DNA of 59,859 bases. Source: Bigelowiella natans CCMP2755 (lineage: Eukaryota; Protista; Cercozoa). Shown here one piece after another: positions 37,496 to 50,355 of the stretch (position 1 is its first letter; each line of letters begins with the position of its first letter). A model generated the notes under the pieces. That model made no database searches. It worked only from the letters and a program-made list of their open reading frames with translations, and was not told the DNA's origin. A program made the translations under genes and the position numbers. Location of the stretch: contig ADNK01001682.1 of NCBI GenBank assembly GCA_000320545.1, positions 1-59,859 on the forward strand, given 5' to 3'.

Positions 37496-37660
37496 CATAT
37501 GCATAATAATTTACTAATACCTGAGTCCCGTGATGATGAGCGTGGCAGCCAAGGCCTCCACACACGAAAGCTTGCACGCTTTGCCTGAGAAAGAAGAATA
37601 AATATAGCGCTCAAGACTGATATGGTATGATGGTCGAGCTGCGATGGTGATGATTATAAA

Positions 37661-37697
<37 letters not shown>

Positions 37698-37967
37698 TTT
37701 TTGATGATAATGATGACAACGACGATGATAACGGTGATTATGATGATAGTGCTGACGATGACAAACAACGTTCGGATCAACAGCTGCTGTCACCCTCCTT
37801 TCCATCTGAAACAACACTGTGAATTTATTGCTTTGGTGGAAATTATAGTACCGTAGTTGACAGGATTTGCGGCTATTAGAAACGGCAAAAGGCGTTCGTA
37901 TTTGCTGAAAACAGCATACACACACCGCATGCAATTTGGGCTTTATTATAAGAGCTGTGGATTATTC

Positions 37968-38024
<57 letters not shown>

Positions 38025-38610
38025 CGATATGCTTTGTTGTGTGCTATACCCTGAGATGTTCCGGACAGGGATCTGGTCAATCTTTGCCCACGAGCAATCC
38101 ACGACGCAAGCGCCCCATTTCTCGATAATCGGACGGTCAAAGGTTGACACAGTCTGTCTACCTAACGGGGAGAGGATAACCCCGCCCCATTTCTGCATAT
38201 ACCATACAAACGACAATTATTACTAGGCTGGGCAAAGACCTGCAGCCGCGTCTATCAGCCGCGTCTATCATTATCAAAGACGTCGCCCTTCGATCAAGCG
38301 CGGAAGTCGCTAATTACCTGGCCTATTTTAAGATTGCGAACAAGCCCGAAACGCTCCAGCTTACGACCGGTGCATCGCTTGACATCACACTGGCCAAAGT
38401 CCCTGCAAAAGGGAAGGCGGGGGGGGGGCAGTATAGCTTAGCTGATAACTGGGCTCTCTCTTTCCGTGTCACCAGGGTATGAGCTTTTTGATAAACTACC
38501 ACATGGCGAGCTTGATGAAAGGCGATGAGGGGGATACCCCCACGCCGCCGGTTCTTCTGGATCCAGAACCCCGCCCGGAGCCCACCCCCTTGCCCCGCTT
38601 TCCTTTTCCT
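35772..38610 (-). CDS. TSR3: 18S rRNA aminocarboxypropyltransferase TSR3 with long acidic tail and C-terminal SAP domain
   Basis: Exons give IKLAMW|[67 protein letters not shown]|[28 protein letters not shown] and [15 protein letters not shown], all TSR3 signature blocks. Last exon is 35882-35772. The true start may lie further upstream (about 38830). Confidence 0.92.
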
Positions 38611-39053
38611 GGACGCAGTTACGAATAGCGGATGAACACGAACCCTTCCTGTCATGTCCCCTATAGCCCCCCCCACTTCCTCCCTCTCTCTAGTCTCCTC
38701 CTATACATATTCGAACTTGAAAAGGACGAAGCTCGATTCTGGCTCATTGGCCGCCTACAAATCAATCATCTTCCCTAATGACAGTAATTTACCCGCTCCC
38801 CCCCCCCTCCGAACACGTACCACTCATCGATGTGTCGGCAGAAGACGAATTGGGATTGAAATAGGAAAAGGATGTTAGATATTTCTGGTATACATTTTAA
38901 TAATAATAAATTACCCGATAATTCCCCGTTCTGTGGTGTTTTTCAAAATGAAGTGACAAAGATTATGATATTCCTCGCATAATACTTTTTCCATATTCTT
39001 TCGCTTTCCTTCCGAACGGTATCTCACAGAGCGAAGGACGAACGCGCGAGAAA

Positions 39054-40973
39054 ATGGCCGCTTCCGGACGCCCGATGCCGGTGACCTGCCCCCCCTGCGG
39101 CGTCGCTATCAAGGATATATCAGCGGAGCGAGGACGAGGGGTTGTCACTACAAATGCATTCAAACAAGGCGACGTTGTCATCTCGGAGCTGCCACTCCTC
39201 TCCTCCCAGGATGGGGCAAACATGCCCATCGTGCTCTCTTGTCAGAGATGCCTAAGGCCTCTGGGCTCCGTCGAGCTCCACATGGACATTCTCACAGGGG
39301 ATAGCTCCGCCACAGATCTCACACCCCCCTCCTGGTCTCTCCCCGTCCGACTTGCCGACTGCTGCAGCGACAAGAAAGGGGGGGGGGAGGGGGCCTCCTC
39401 CTCCTCCTCCTCCTCCTCGTCGTTTTCGCAGAACATCGCTCCCTGCCGGCACGGGTGTGGAGCGTTGTACTGCGGTAAGGAGTGTGCGGATGAGGCCTAT
39501 TGGGCGCACCATAGGCTGCTATGCGTGGGGCCGCTCAAGTCGACCGAAGCGCCTCTATACCAGTTTAAGATGCACGCTATCGAAAACAATCTGGATCTAC
39601 TCTTCGCCGGCCAGGTTGTAGCCAACATGCTTTGCCGCTATTTCCAGCTCTTGGATATGGAGGAGAAGAGCTCGGCCGATTCCTTATCGGCTCACTTGGC
39701 ACTCATCACTCAGGCGAAGCGTCCTTATGCGTCGTTCCAGCATAACAAATGGTGGGATGTAACCGTACCGCCAGCCGACATGGCTCATCTACCACGCGAA
39801 GAATTCGAGCGCATACTAAAGAACCAACTCGCTAGATCCTATTCGCTTCTTATGTCCGCCTTCCGCGAGGAGCTCCGGAAAATCCCTGGGGGGTGGAGGG
39901 AGGAGGAGGCGCGCAGTAGTACAGAAGTATACGAGGGCGAGCGTAAGTCACCCCCCTCGTCCTCCTCACTTTTAGAATCGTCGTCGTTACCCTCCTCATG
40001 CTTCATGAGCCTCGACGAGTACGGCTCGATCGTAGGCATGATGCATCAGAATCAACTAGGAATTCGGCGGCCGAGCGTTGTGAAAGAGTATCTTTTCAAA
40101 CTTCGAGACTATAGTAGAAGTATTAGTAGCAGTAGTAGCAGTGATAGTAAGGGCGATGGCAAAACAAAGGACGAAGCTGATGGAAGAAACGTTTCCTCGA
40201 AGGGCATGGCGCTGCGGGCGGAAAAAGCTGCTGCAAGCTGGAGGCTGATCAGAGACCGGATGGGGGAGATTCAGGCAAGCCAGGAAGACGAGGACGAGGA
40301 CGAGGACGAAGGGGGAGAGGAGGAGGATGGGAAGGATAGTGAAGAAAAGACGGCAGAGCGCAAGGCGGAAGGAGAGGGGGATAATGATGATGTTGATGAT
40401 GATGATGACGATCGGAAGCTAGAACATGAGGGTGGCACCAGAGCTGACGTCGGGCCGCCGATGAATGACCTCGATGCTGTGGAAGGGGGTGGCGAGCAGG
40501 GAAACGAGAATGAAGAAAATGAAGGAGAACCGGGTGAGGGAGAGGAGGAGAACGAGGGCGAAGGAGGGGAGGGCGGAGACGGAGAGGAGGAGGAGGAGGA
40601 GGGGGAGGAGGAGGGTGATGAGGGTGAGGAAATGAGCATTGAGGATGTTCTAAAGAACGACGACTTCGTAGACTCACTCCTCTGCCCTTTCGATGGCGCA
40701 GCGCTGTTCTCGCTCATATGTACCCTCAACCACTCTTGTAGTCCTAACGTTGTGATCGACTACGGCGAAGGGTTCGGCCCTGCCAGAGCGAATGTTGTGG
40801 CGTTGCGCGACATCGAAGCGGGGGAAGAATTGTGCTTTAGTTACCTTCGCAAACAGCTGCCGCTGGCAGAACGCCGGCACGAGCTCCTCGATTATGGCTT
40901 CACGTGCTCATGCCCGCTGTGCAAGAAAGAGGAGGAAGAAGAAAAAAAGGGAAATGCGACGAGTCGGAGATGA
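39054..40973 (+). CDS. SET and MYND domain protein lysine methyltransferase (SMYD5-like), intronless
   Basis: Split SET (RGRGVVTTNAFKQGDVVISELPL ... LNHSCSPN ... AGEELCFSY), MYND finger (CQRC...CRHGCGALYCGKECADEAYWAHHRLLC), post-SET YGFTCSCPLC and a long acidic insert. Confidence 0.92.
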   Translation: MAASGRPMPVTCPPCGVAIKDISAERGRGVVTTNAFKQGDVVISELPLLSSQDGANMPIVLSCQRCLRPLGSVELHMDILTGDSSATDLTPPSWSLPVRLADCCSDKKGGGEGASSSSSSSSSFSQNIAPCRHGCGALYCGKECADEAYWAHHRLLCVGPLKSTEAPLYQFKMHAIENNLDLLFAGQVVANMLCRYFQLLDMEEKSSADSLSAHLALITQAKRPYASFQHNKWWDVTVPPADMAHLPREEFERILKNQLARSYSLLMSAFREELRKIPGGWREEEARSSTEVYEGERKSPPSSSSLLESSSLPSSCFMSLDEYGSIVGMMHQNQLGIRRPSVVKEYLFKLRDYSRSISSSSSSDSKGDGKTKDEADGRNVSSKGMALRAEKAAASWRLIRDRMGEIQASQEDEDEDEDEGGEEEDGKDSEEKTAERKAEGEGDNDDVDDDDDDRKLEHEGGTRADVGPPMNDLDAVEGGGEQGNENEENEGEPGEGEEENEGEGGEGGDGEEEEEEGEEEGDEGEEMSIEDVLKNDDFVDSLLCPFDGAALFSLICTLNHSCSPNVVIDYGEGFGPARANVVALRDIEAGEELCFSYLRKQLPLAERRHELLDYGFTCSCPLCKKEEEEEKKGNATSRR

Positions 40974-41890
40974 GAACAAGAATAATGAAACTGGTTAACT
41001 ATGGGGTAGGCCGAACGAGGAGCAAATGGTTAGATGAGCTGATAGTGCTGAAGGGACAGTTTTCGTCTGCTCAGCGCATTATTGTTAGGCTTTACTTTCG
41101 TTAGATCGAATTCTAGATATAGCCGAGACGGTGGTCATGCTAGCATGTCCGGTCAGATCGTCGAAACCTGCTATCTAGCTATCTCACTTCTCACATAGCT
41201 AGATAGCCATACTATCATGCAAGCATGGCATGGGCTACATGAGCACAGCGTACAGATGCGGTGTTCATGCGAATCACATCCGCTAGACATGCTAGCATGC
41301 TAGCATGCTAGCATGGCAACTAGCTCTAGAGCTAGCTAGTCTAGTAGTGCATAAGATCTAGCACAGCATGACAACACGTGCATTCTAGCATTCAGCATTA
41401 CTAGATTAGAGATCTGAACTGCTTGCTGCTAGCTAGCTAGTGCTGTCTAGCTGTGCCCCATCAAGTCAGCTAGCATGCTAGCATGACAATGAAGCAATGA
41501 ATGCATTCTCAAAATCACTAACAAACATCTTTACAAAGATCTAGCTAGCTAGTTGTAGACATATCTGCACGTGGCATGTGCAATGTGCTGTAGTGCTGTA
41601 CAAGCGGGATCTAGCTATCTGCTATCCACCAATGTAGGGCTAGAGGGCATAGAGACATGGCGTCAGCTATGTTGCTATGAATGGCAGACGTTTTGTTGCT
41701 TGTTGTTCGTTACTAAGCGCATCATTCACCACAGCATTCAAACTTGTCACAATTGATTTGTAATATTTTAGAACTATTATTACCAAAACAATATGTTGCA
41801 AACCTTAATCAAAGTATGGACAAACCTGAAAAGGCCGACTTTGTTGTGCAAATAATATCAAATATGTCTCAATGTTGAAGAATAATATTT

Positions 41891-44800
41891 TTAGCCTCCA
41901 AGAGCAAGAATTGCACTTATGAAAGTCATTATCATTTTGGCGTTCACTTCAGTAATATCCTCTGGAAGCAGGAAAACCGTAGCTCCAAGTTTTCTTGATA
42001 CGCTAATTGAGTATCTTGCATTCAGTTTGCACTGTTCTTCATTGTCTCCAACTGTCACAAGGTCCCAATCTATCACTTGTTGATCGACAGCCCAAAGGAG
42101 CATTAGAAAGTAAAAGGACTTTCTCAAATGTAGGTCTTTGAAAGTCCGAATCTAGATTGAAGTGGTAGAGAAATTGACTATGGAAGTGACACTCCATTGT
42201 AACAATATGATGATGAAATTCGTTATATAGAACCTTAGAGACATGCCTTAGATTTATCCCTGAAAGGTACAATGGCCGTTTACAAATATTCCAAAACATT
42301 TAGACTATGACCAATTTTCACTTTACCATTGATTTCTGGTAGACGGTTTCTTTTCTTCAATGCTTTCTAAAGTTACGAGATACAATCGAATAACTCCAAA
42401 TATAATCCATCACAGCTATTCATTAACGCGAGTTGCAACCTCTATAGTGGAGTTTGCCCATTCAACTATAACAGAGTCGCCTCCGTTTGAGAGCATTCGC
42501 TTCATTTTTTGCTTTAAGAGACAAGATGGATCAGCTTTGAGATTAACGGCTATGCTTGTTAACTTCAAATACTGTGTCTTGAGAGCTCTGCTTTCCTCCA
42601 ACTTTTTTGTTTATAATCATTTGTAGAAACAGACACACCTTTAAGGAGCAAATCATTACATATCAATCCTAGGATATGGTAGCATTGAGGTTGAAAAACA
42701 AACTCTCCAATTCTTACATGATGGCGCATCATCTGCCATACTAATGCGAGTGTAAGTTTCTTATGACCCTAGAACATTGTATTGTACTTCATTATTAACA
42801 CAAAATAACTATCGAAAGCATCAATAATACCTCCTCAATGTTCCGACCATCAATGTTAACCAGAGAAAAATTAAATGGAGCTGACTTTCCAAGCTCAATC
42901 TTAATAAAATATTTACGTCATCTTGAAGCATTCATCGGCATGCGCAAACTTACCAAAAGGTTACAGTTCGAGATCTTTTTAAATTTGTTGGTGGGTCTTC
43001 TCTCAACACGAACCCATCCCACCGATCCTATTGTAAATAATGAACCCAACAAACTTCAAACCATGGATATTAATACATACGGAAATCGTGCAACCTGGGA
43101 CAACTTTATCCAGAGTTTTTAAAAGCACAATACCTTTAATTCCAAATGATAGTAAAAAATGACAAATTATATCAAATAAGTATTACCATGGATGAAATGA
43201 AGGAAACAATACGCTTTATTTCGACCATTCCGGCAGTCTCGAAAAAGATTTTGAATATACACCCCTGAAAATTTACATATATTCACACGAAACCATTAAA
43301 ATATTGATTTATTGTTATAATTGATTAACAAAAGTTCATTGTTTGGAAGAACTATAATTCTAAGTGCCTGCAGGAGCTACCTTTAAGACCAATACTGTTG
43401 ATCCACATTCGAAATGCTCGCTCCAAGCGATCTTCATCTTTCGACATGATGTAACCTTTACTCCTTCCGATTCTTATCTGCACATTACTTATTAGCCGAA
43501 TTAAAAGTGATACAGTGGATGAAGGGTCTGACCATAGAAGATGGAGTTCTCGTATGGGAGGATGATGGTTTCCCTATTGTTTCAGGAGCGAAAAGTCCAG
43601 GCTTGCTCATCATTATCAACCTTTCGAGGTATACGTTAGATTCGACTCTCATGAGATAATGTATTTTTATCTGATTTATACCCAAAGGTACAGAAAGGCG
43701 GTTTCCAAGTGTCACCCTTAAGCTGGATGTGCAATTTGGGTTACAACAAAATATTAAAAAAAACGTTACAATTACAAAAATATGTTACCTCCTCTAACTC
43801 ATTCTCCAGCCCGATAAAGATCGCGGGCTCTTTGCAGGCTAAGGCAATTAATATTCCCATAAGAGTTATGTTTAAACCAAGTTAATGCGTAATTACGAGA
43901 GGATGAATTTGATCTTAATTGCTGTTAGAGCTTACATAAATCCTTTAACTTGTCTTTGATCGCTCTATAATGATCGTTGTCACGGAGTACATCTAAGATC
44001 CACTTTACACATAGAGTATAGAGGAAGGATTGGCAGTTTATATTTTATGCAGTAAAATTAGATGTATGGGTTATATGAGAAGATACTTTTGTCTCTTGGA
44101 CACTTAAGCATATTGATTGCAACTTAGTAATACAATCTTCATCGCCCTGCTTAGTATGGGCCCTTGAAACTGCCTCCAATTTCATGCTATATTGAATCTA
44201 AAACATTTTATTGAAATGAACAAAATTAAGATCTGACATAGATGAGGTAGTACGACATTCATTAATTCAAGTACCCCTATTAGCGTTAACAAGTAAGTTC
44301 GCCAGTCCGTTTTGGTCATCATTGCGCTTAATTTTTCTGCGGAAGTAGATTGGTTCTGAAAATGCTAAATTTATACAGACTAATGGGATGTACCAAGTTT
44401 TGGTGCTACGATTTTGGACTCCCTTAGTATGTTTAAGATCTGAACGTAATAATATCTGTTACGATCATGGAATCACGATGCCATTTATAATGAAGCAATT
44501 GCCTCCTTCGGAGATTTCTGAACCCCCATTTGAGCTTGGAAACATATCTGAAGATCGCCATATGAATTGTAGGGTAGTTTAAATATGATAAAGAGACGAA
44601 TACCCAGTTTAGAATCATATTTCGGGGTCCCATCTCGCACGCAGCTTCAGTTGCCTATTTAGGGAACCAGTTATAACCCTTTTTATTACCATATGCAATT
44701 GATATTACCGCCTTCACATCATCCCCCTTTTCCTCCAGCAAGACCCTTGCCTGTATTTTAAATTGTAAAATTGTATTTTATGTTTTATAACAGTAACACT

Positions 44801-47800
44801 TAATGAATGAGATTGAATTTTTTTCAATACCAAATCAGGGTTTCTCCTTGCATTCCCAGCTGACTCAACCCTTGTAACAAGAATACCCCAGAGGAACCGT
44901 ATTGCTAGTTGAGGAGATCGGTGTGCGTGAAGTATGTTCCTGACACGAACCTCTGGAGCCTGGGCGGGTATATGGAGTATGCAGTAAATACATTAGCATG
45001 TACTTGTGAAGTTGAGAGATCAAAACCTGGACTCCGATTGATTTTGCCGATTCGAATACAAGAGTAAGGTTTTCTTGCATGCTCGTGATCGTCAATATCT
45101 GCTCGTCGTTTTTAGAGTTAAGGAAACTATTTGGGGATGCAATAGGTTAGAACCTTCCTCTCCGAATTTGCTGGAGAAGCCCTACTCCCGAAGAAACCCT
45201 AGAATAGAGATAAACAAATTTAACTTTTTCTAGAACAAGTAACTGACTGAATGTACAACCCTTTGGTTGAAAGGATTGTGATCTGGGTCATGCCAATGTG
45301 ACGTGTTCAAAGCACGCGTGTCAATAGTGCCTAAAAAATATAGATGTTATGAATATACTTTCTTTCAGAGATTGTAATTGCCAATGTACCCGGAATTGCA
45401 TGGTTAATGAAAGCAGCCAGGATCAAGCCATCTATCAATTTATTTTATAAGACCTTTCACAATTGAGTGCATCATTTATCTTACCAGAAAGCTTCTGAAT
45501 CAGGTCATCCCCTGAAAACCAAAACTGTAAGGCATTCTGACCATTCGGTTGGTCTGTCCTTCTGGCGACTATTTAGATTATGAACTAAAACCTTCTGTAT
45601 TTAGTGGGAGCAGGTTTGCATTTTTTAGCATCGTCGTTTCAGCGGCATCAGAAAGGGCGGCATTGAGATAAATAGCTGCAATGAAAACAAGATATAAAAA
45701 TATGATCCGGCAACGAAACTTCGTCATCGGTCACCTAGAGCTGTGACATGCATTTGCAGCCCTTGAGACAGGGATGTCTTTGGCCGTGGTAAAGGTCGTT
45801 CAGACGCACTTGAACTCTGTAAATAGCGCGCATGTAAGTTAACTACAACTATCAAAATGCTGAAGTAGTTTTCAAAACCCTTTGTGATAGCTTTATGTTG
45901 TTCTGAAACATGGATGAGAAACTTTAGCAATATGGGCAATACAAAATATGTAGAAGATTTGAGAAACCTTTGGTGTTTGGTTTACGACCAAGGGAGTAGG
46001 GAGGGGCTTTCTCTAATGATGGAATAATAAGATATATATTAAGCAAATCCTTTTATAAGAAGTAATTTTATAGTTTTAACTTACAGATGTTATGCCCATT
46101 CTCTTGCGTAACAACCTCAAAAGCTCTTCAGTGAGCGCCTAGTCCGTTACAGTGGTGATGTTAATACTTAAGAGACTATTTCAAGAATACGCATGAGTTT
46201 ATACCTGGCATTTCGGTAAGGTAGATAGAGCTATCTTTGGAACGTTATCAATAACGTGTTGAATATGCCTGAAATGTACAAGAGTTGATATTATCTTTCG
46301 GAAGGGCCAATATGTAGTTCTATGGGAAACTACTCATGATAGTCCTTGCTTTCGTCAGCACTGTGCTTCTTCTCAATTTTTGGAGCTGTAGGAGGCTTTC
46401 GCATCATATTTTTTAGTTCCTCCGTTTTTTCCTTTTACAAATTAGAATTTACATATATGACAGCAAAATCGAATCCGAGCATTTACTTTATTTGAATAAA
46501 AGTCTTTCAGGCGATCAAGGCCTCCAACACTCTGAATGCAGTAAATAATGTCATCATTTAATTCTTGGATAAGTTAACGCAAACAATACTCTTGGAGAGT
46601 GCGAAATTGCCCGTGCCCTTCCCTCAGATGGGATTCCTTTTTTTAACTCTACTTCAGGTACAGATGATCGTTTTCCTCCTTTCCCTTTCAACAAGTAATC
46701 AACATATTACATTACAAGCTAGTTGACCACAACCAACTTTACCCTTTCGAATTGTGGAAAGAAGCTTTTTTGCTGCATGCGTCCTTGCCATGTAACTGGT
46801 CAACAAAAAGTTTCCATACGTGACGATATATTTTCACTTGTAGTAAAGTTCAACCAAAATTGTTATTTCACTTAGTATAAATTAAAAACCTTGCGATTTG
46901 CTGAGATTCGGAACTATTCCACCTACGATGTTTCCCTTCCGATTTGGTACCTTGATTGCAAAGGAATTCAATGTAGCATAACTACCATAGCAAGTGCTCG
47001 TTTCGTCAGTGATTGCAATAGTTTATGTTCTATGTATAGCAGACCCTCTTGAGTTTGAGAATTCGTTTCTGAAAAGTTGGTAGTACTGTATTTTTTGGCT
47101 GTTCCTTAAAAAATGGGTTTATAAAGTTCATCTGCAAAAACCATTTGAGGAAGGAGTGTGATAAACCTGCAGAGTGACTACTACGTAGAATCCCTTCTAC
47201 TGGCATATCCCATGCAAGTGGCCGGCCTTCTGTCGCATCTCGCATGTTAAGTCTGGGTGGTATTTACAGTTAACATAGCAGGGCTTTGAGTTGTCGCAAC
47301 TTACTTTTCATTTAATGACGCGATAATTTTTTCCTTTGCCTTGACTTCCAATGCCGCCTCTACATCCGAATAACTAGAAATCAATAATAGATGAAATGGG
47401 AGCATAGTTGAAAGTTGACCAAATAGCTTTCGGGTGGCGACTTTGTTCTTTTTTTCTTCGCTGTCTACAATATAAAAGTTAGTGTCAAAGAGTTCTATGA
47501 TGAAGTTCAAACGTCGATACCTAGCTGCTCTTGTAGTTCCCGTGCCTTACGTTTAAGCTTCATTCCATCCATTAATTCTGGTTCGGGGAAATATTTCTTA
47601 GTGACAGACCAATTGAGCTATAAATTATCCACCTGATGACTTTGCAAGTTTATTCATAAACGCGGACCTATCGTGGTATTAACTCAGCTCATGCTCTTTT
47701 CCGATGGCTCTCATGCTATTTCAGAAATATAATATATATATATATATATATATATCACCTTCTTTCTCTACTTGTAGTATTCAACTCTTTCAAGCGGTTT

Positions 47801-50355
47801 TCTTGTTCATTAAGCTTTTTGCTAAGAGCTTCATTATGACGTTGCTCCAATTCGAGTGATTCAATGGTCTCTAAGTGCACTTTGTTCAGATCGAAGTTCT
47901 TCATTGTCAGTGTTCGAACGTGCTCAGTCACGCTGAAATATTGCAAACAGTTAATAGGTAAATTGTTTCAATTTACCTGAATATTAGATCCTACCTCATG
48001 TTCCTTTGTTCTAGCTCATCAACCTTGGATTGCCATTCCTTTTTTTTCAATATTCTTTTGATGAGTATGGTATCGCTTACTCTTGCATTCAAGGCAAAAA
48101 GACATCTCATTTATTAATTAACCCTATACATTTTGCAAGACCTGTACTTCGTCCTCAAGGGCTGAACAATCAGCGACAGAATTTGTAAGTCTTGCCTCTA
48201 AGTTTGTGTTCTCAATTTCAAGTCGCTTTCCAAATCGAGTGAGTACAGCATATTTTCTCTCCATGGTTTTAATATGCTCTAAAGCAGTCTCAAACTTTGT
48301 TCGAAGATGTCCAAGCTGGGTTTATTCAAATATATAATTACTCAAAACATTTTGTTTCCGCCATAGCTGTTATAACATTAAAAAAAAGAACCTCGTCTGC
48401 TCCACTGCTCATACTATTCCTCCTAGAAGGCTGACGTGAGTCGAAAGCAGCTGAAACCTACAGTCATTCGGCTATGATTAATTAATCAGTGAATCATATT
48501 CTAAAAGCGTCCGACGTTGTTCCCCAAGTCCTCGTGGAAAAACGAAACAGCGTCTAAAGCTTCGGCGGAAGTCTTTTCTCTTCCCTCGTCCTAAGGTAAG
48601 AATAGTTCTCATCTGTCACTAAAAAAGGGTCTACATGAATTACCCCTTCCCTTCGAAGCGTATGTTTTGACCCGACACTGTCTCCCTCTCCTATAATTAT
48701 ATTTATGAGTCTACAAGGTGTCTTGAGGAATATGCTGTAGAGAAGCAGAGGATAAACTCGTTCTTTAATACCTTTCTCTTGGAGCTTGTGCATATCTAAA
48801 ACAAATGACCAAAAAAAATTAGGCAGCAGCAATGCTTTCGAGGAAGGACATCATACCAAGTCGGTCTTGTTCACGGCTGAATACATATTTTTTATCAACT
48901 CCACTAACAGGCGTAAGTCCCGTGGAATTTATAGGCTGAATTCCGCTTTCAGTCTCAGTAAGAGGTATTCCGTTATGAAACTTCATGCTTCCACGCCCTC
49001 TAAGCTGGCATAGTTACATAAATAAAGTCAGCACACAACACAATTTCAATAGTAACTCCAACCGCTTCGAGCATCGGGTCTCTGAATGTGCTCCTTGGAG
49101 TCTCAGAATACTTCAGTGTCGTACCACCAGCGTCACTTCGTGCGTCAAGGGCTCGTGGTGTGTCGGCAGGAAAGGATACGTTTTGACTAAATTTTGTAGT
49201 TAATGTAAGGATTTTACCAATAATACAACGATGGAGATTGCACCTATTTATGGACATCTTTCGGTTCCGTGGCACAGTGGGCATCGGTGGTGGTGCTACA
49301 AAAGGCCTGGGATGAAGTCGATATTAAGAACAAAAAATCAATATATTTGACATAGTTATGTGTGTTACTAACTTACTTTTCATTTTGTTGCCAGTCATTC
49401 AATGTGCTCTCAGAAACTTTGGAACTGATTCATAGACTAATTTTCAGTGCGATTTGGAAGTGTTGAGATAAATCTCACATTTCACCTAGAAATAAAGAAA
49501 TCGAATCCCTCGTAAAAGTCCTCAAATACTATTTTACCGGTCTGAAGATAAACTAGTGAACATGATATTTTCGCAAGCAAAGTCATGCGACTTAACTTAC
49601 ATCGGAAGGACTTATCTTCTCGCGAATATTTTGCAAGTCTTCTTCAGTGCCACCGGTCATCAAAGGAGCAAGTTGATTCATACTAAGAGGAGAGCATATG
49701 AATTGGGATACAAGGGACTGAATAAAGGCAAAATCTACTGACGTTATATATCCCTTTCTCTCAACATCCAATTTATCAAATAGCTCTCGTACAACGTTGT
49801 ACCTATATTTTAATAAAACATTTTTTCACAAACATGTTAGATAGCTGAATTCATTTTTTCCATTTTTACTCTTCTCCTCGGTGATAGGACCTAAACACAA
49901 TATATTAATTATCTGCGGTGAAGCATCATTTCAGTTAATCCTACTTAGCTTCCTCTTCTTCTTCTAATTTTGCCATTGTGTCCATCTCCTTTAGTTTGCA
50001 TAACCGTATTTCAAAATTTTCAAACTATTTTAACTATGAAGTTTATTATTCAGACCTCATTACACCGAGCTTCCATCAAATGATTGCATATCTCCTTAAA
50101 CTCACGCAGATTCACTCCATTGCTGGTCTTCCCTTCCCATAACTCCTTAATTTGTCTCTGCATATCCTCATTCGGAAGCCATCGTGTAACCTGTCATGTG
50201 ACAATAACTCAACTTTCTGAATGCATCAGAGAGCGGTGAGAAGTCAGTAGAATTGACATGCCAAGTATCACTCATACTTCCTCAATGCTGACAAGCCCAT
50301 CTTGGTCCTCATCCAGTTGATTGAATATTGTTCGAAAATTTTCTGAATTGTCCAT
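41891..50355 (-). CDS. Plastin/fimbrin-like actin-bundling protein with N-terminal EF-hands, long coiled-coil insert and CH domains; many short introns
   Basis: Start MDNSENFRTIFNQLDEDQDGLVSIEE (EF-hand). CH motifs DGLILAAFINHAIPG|TIDTRALN, ENLTLVFESAKSIGVQ, ERAFRMWINSIG, KFKKISNCN, FSLVNIDGRNI, IVEWAN, and the terminal fimbrin motif NARYSISVSRKLGATVFLLPEDITEVNAKMIMTFISAIL*. Coiled-coil exons lie at about 46300-48350. Confidence 0.8.
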
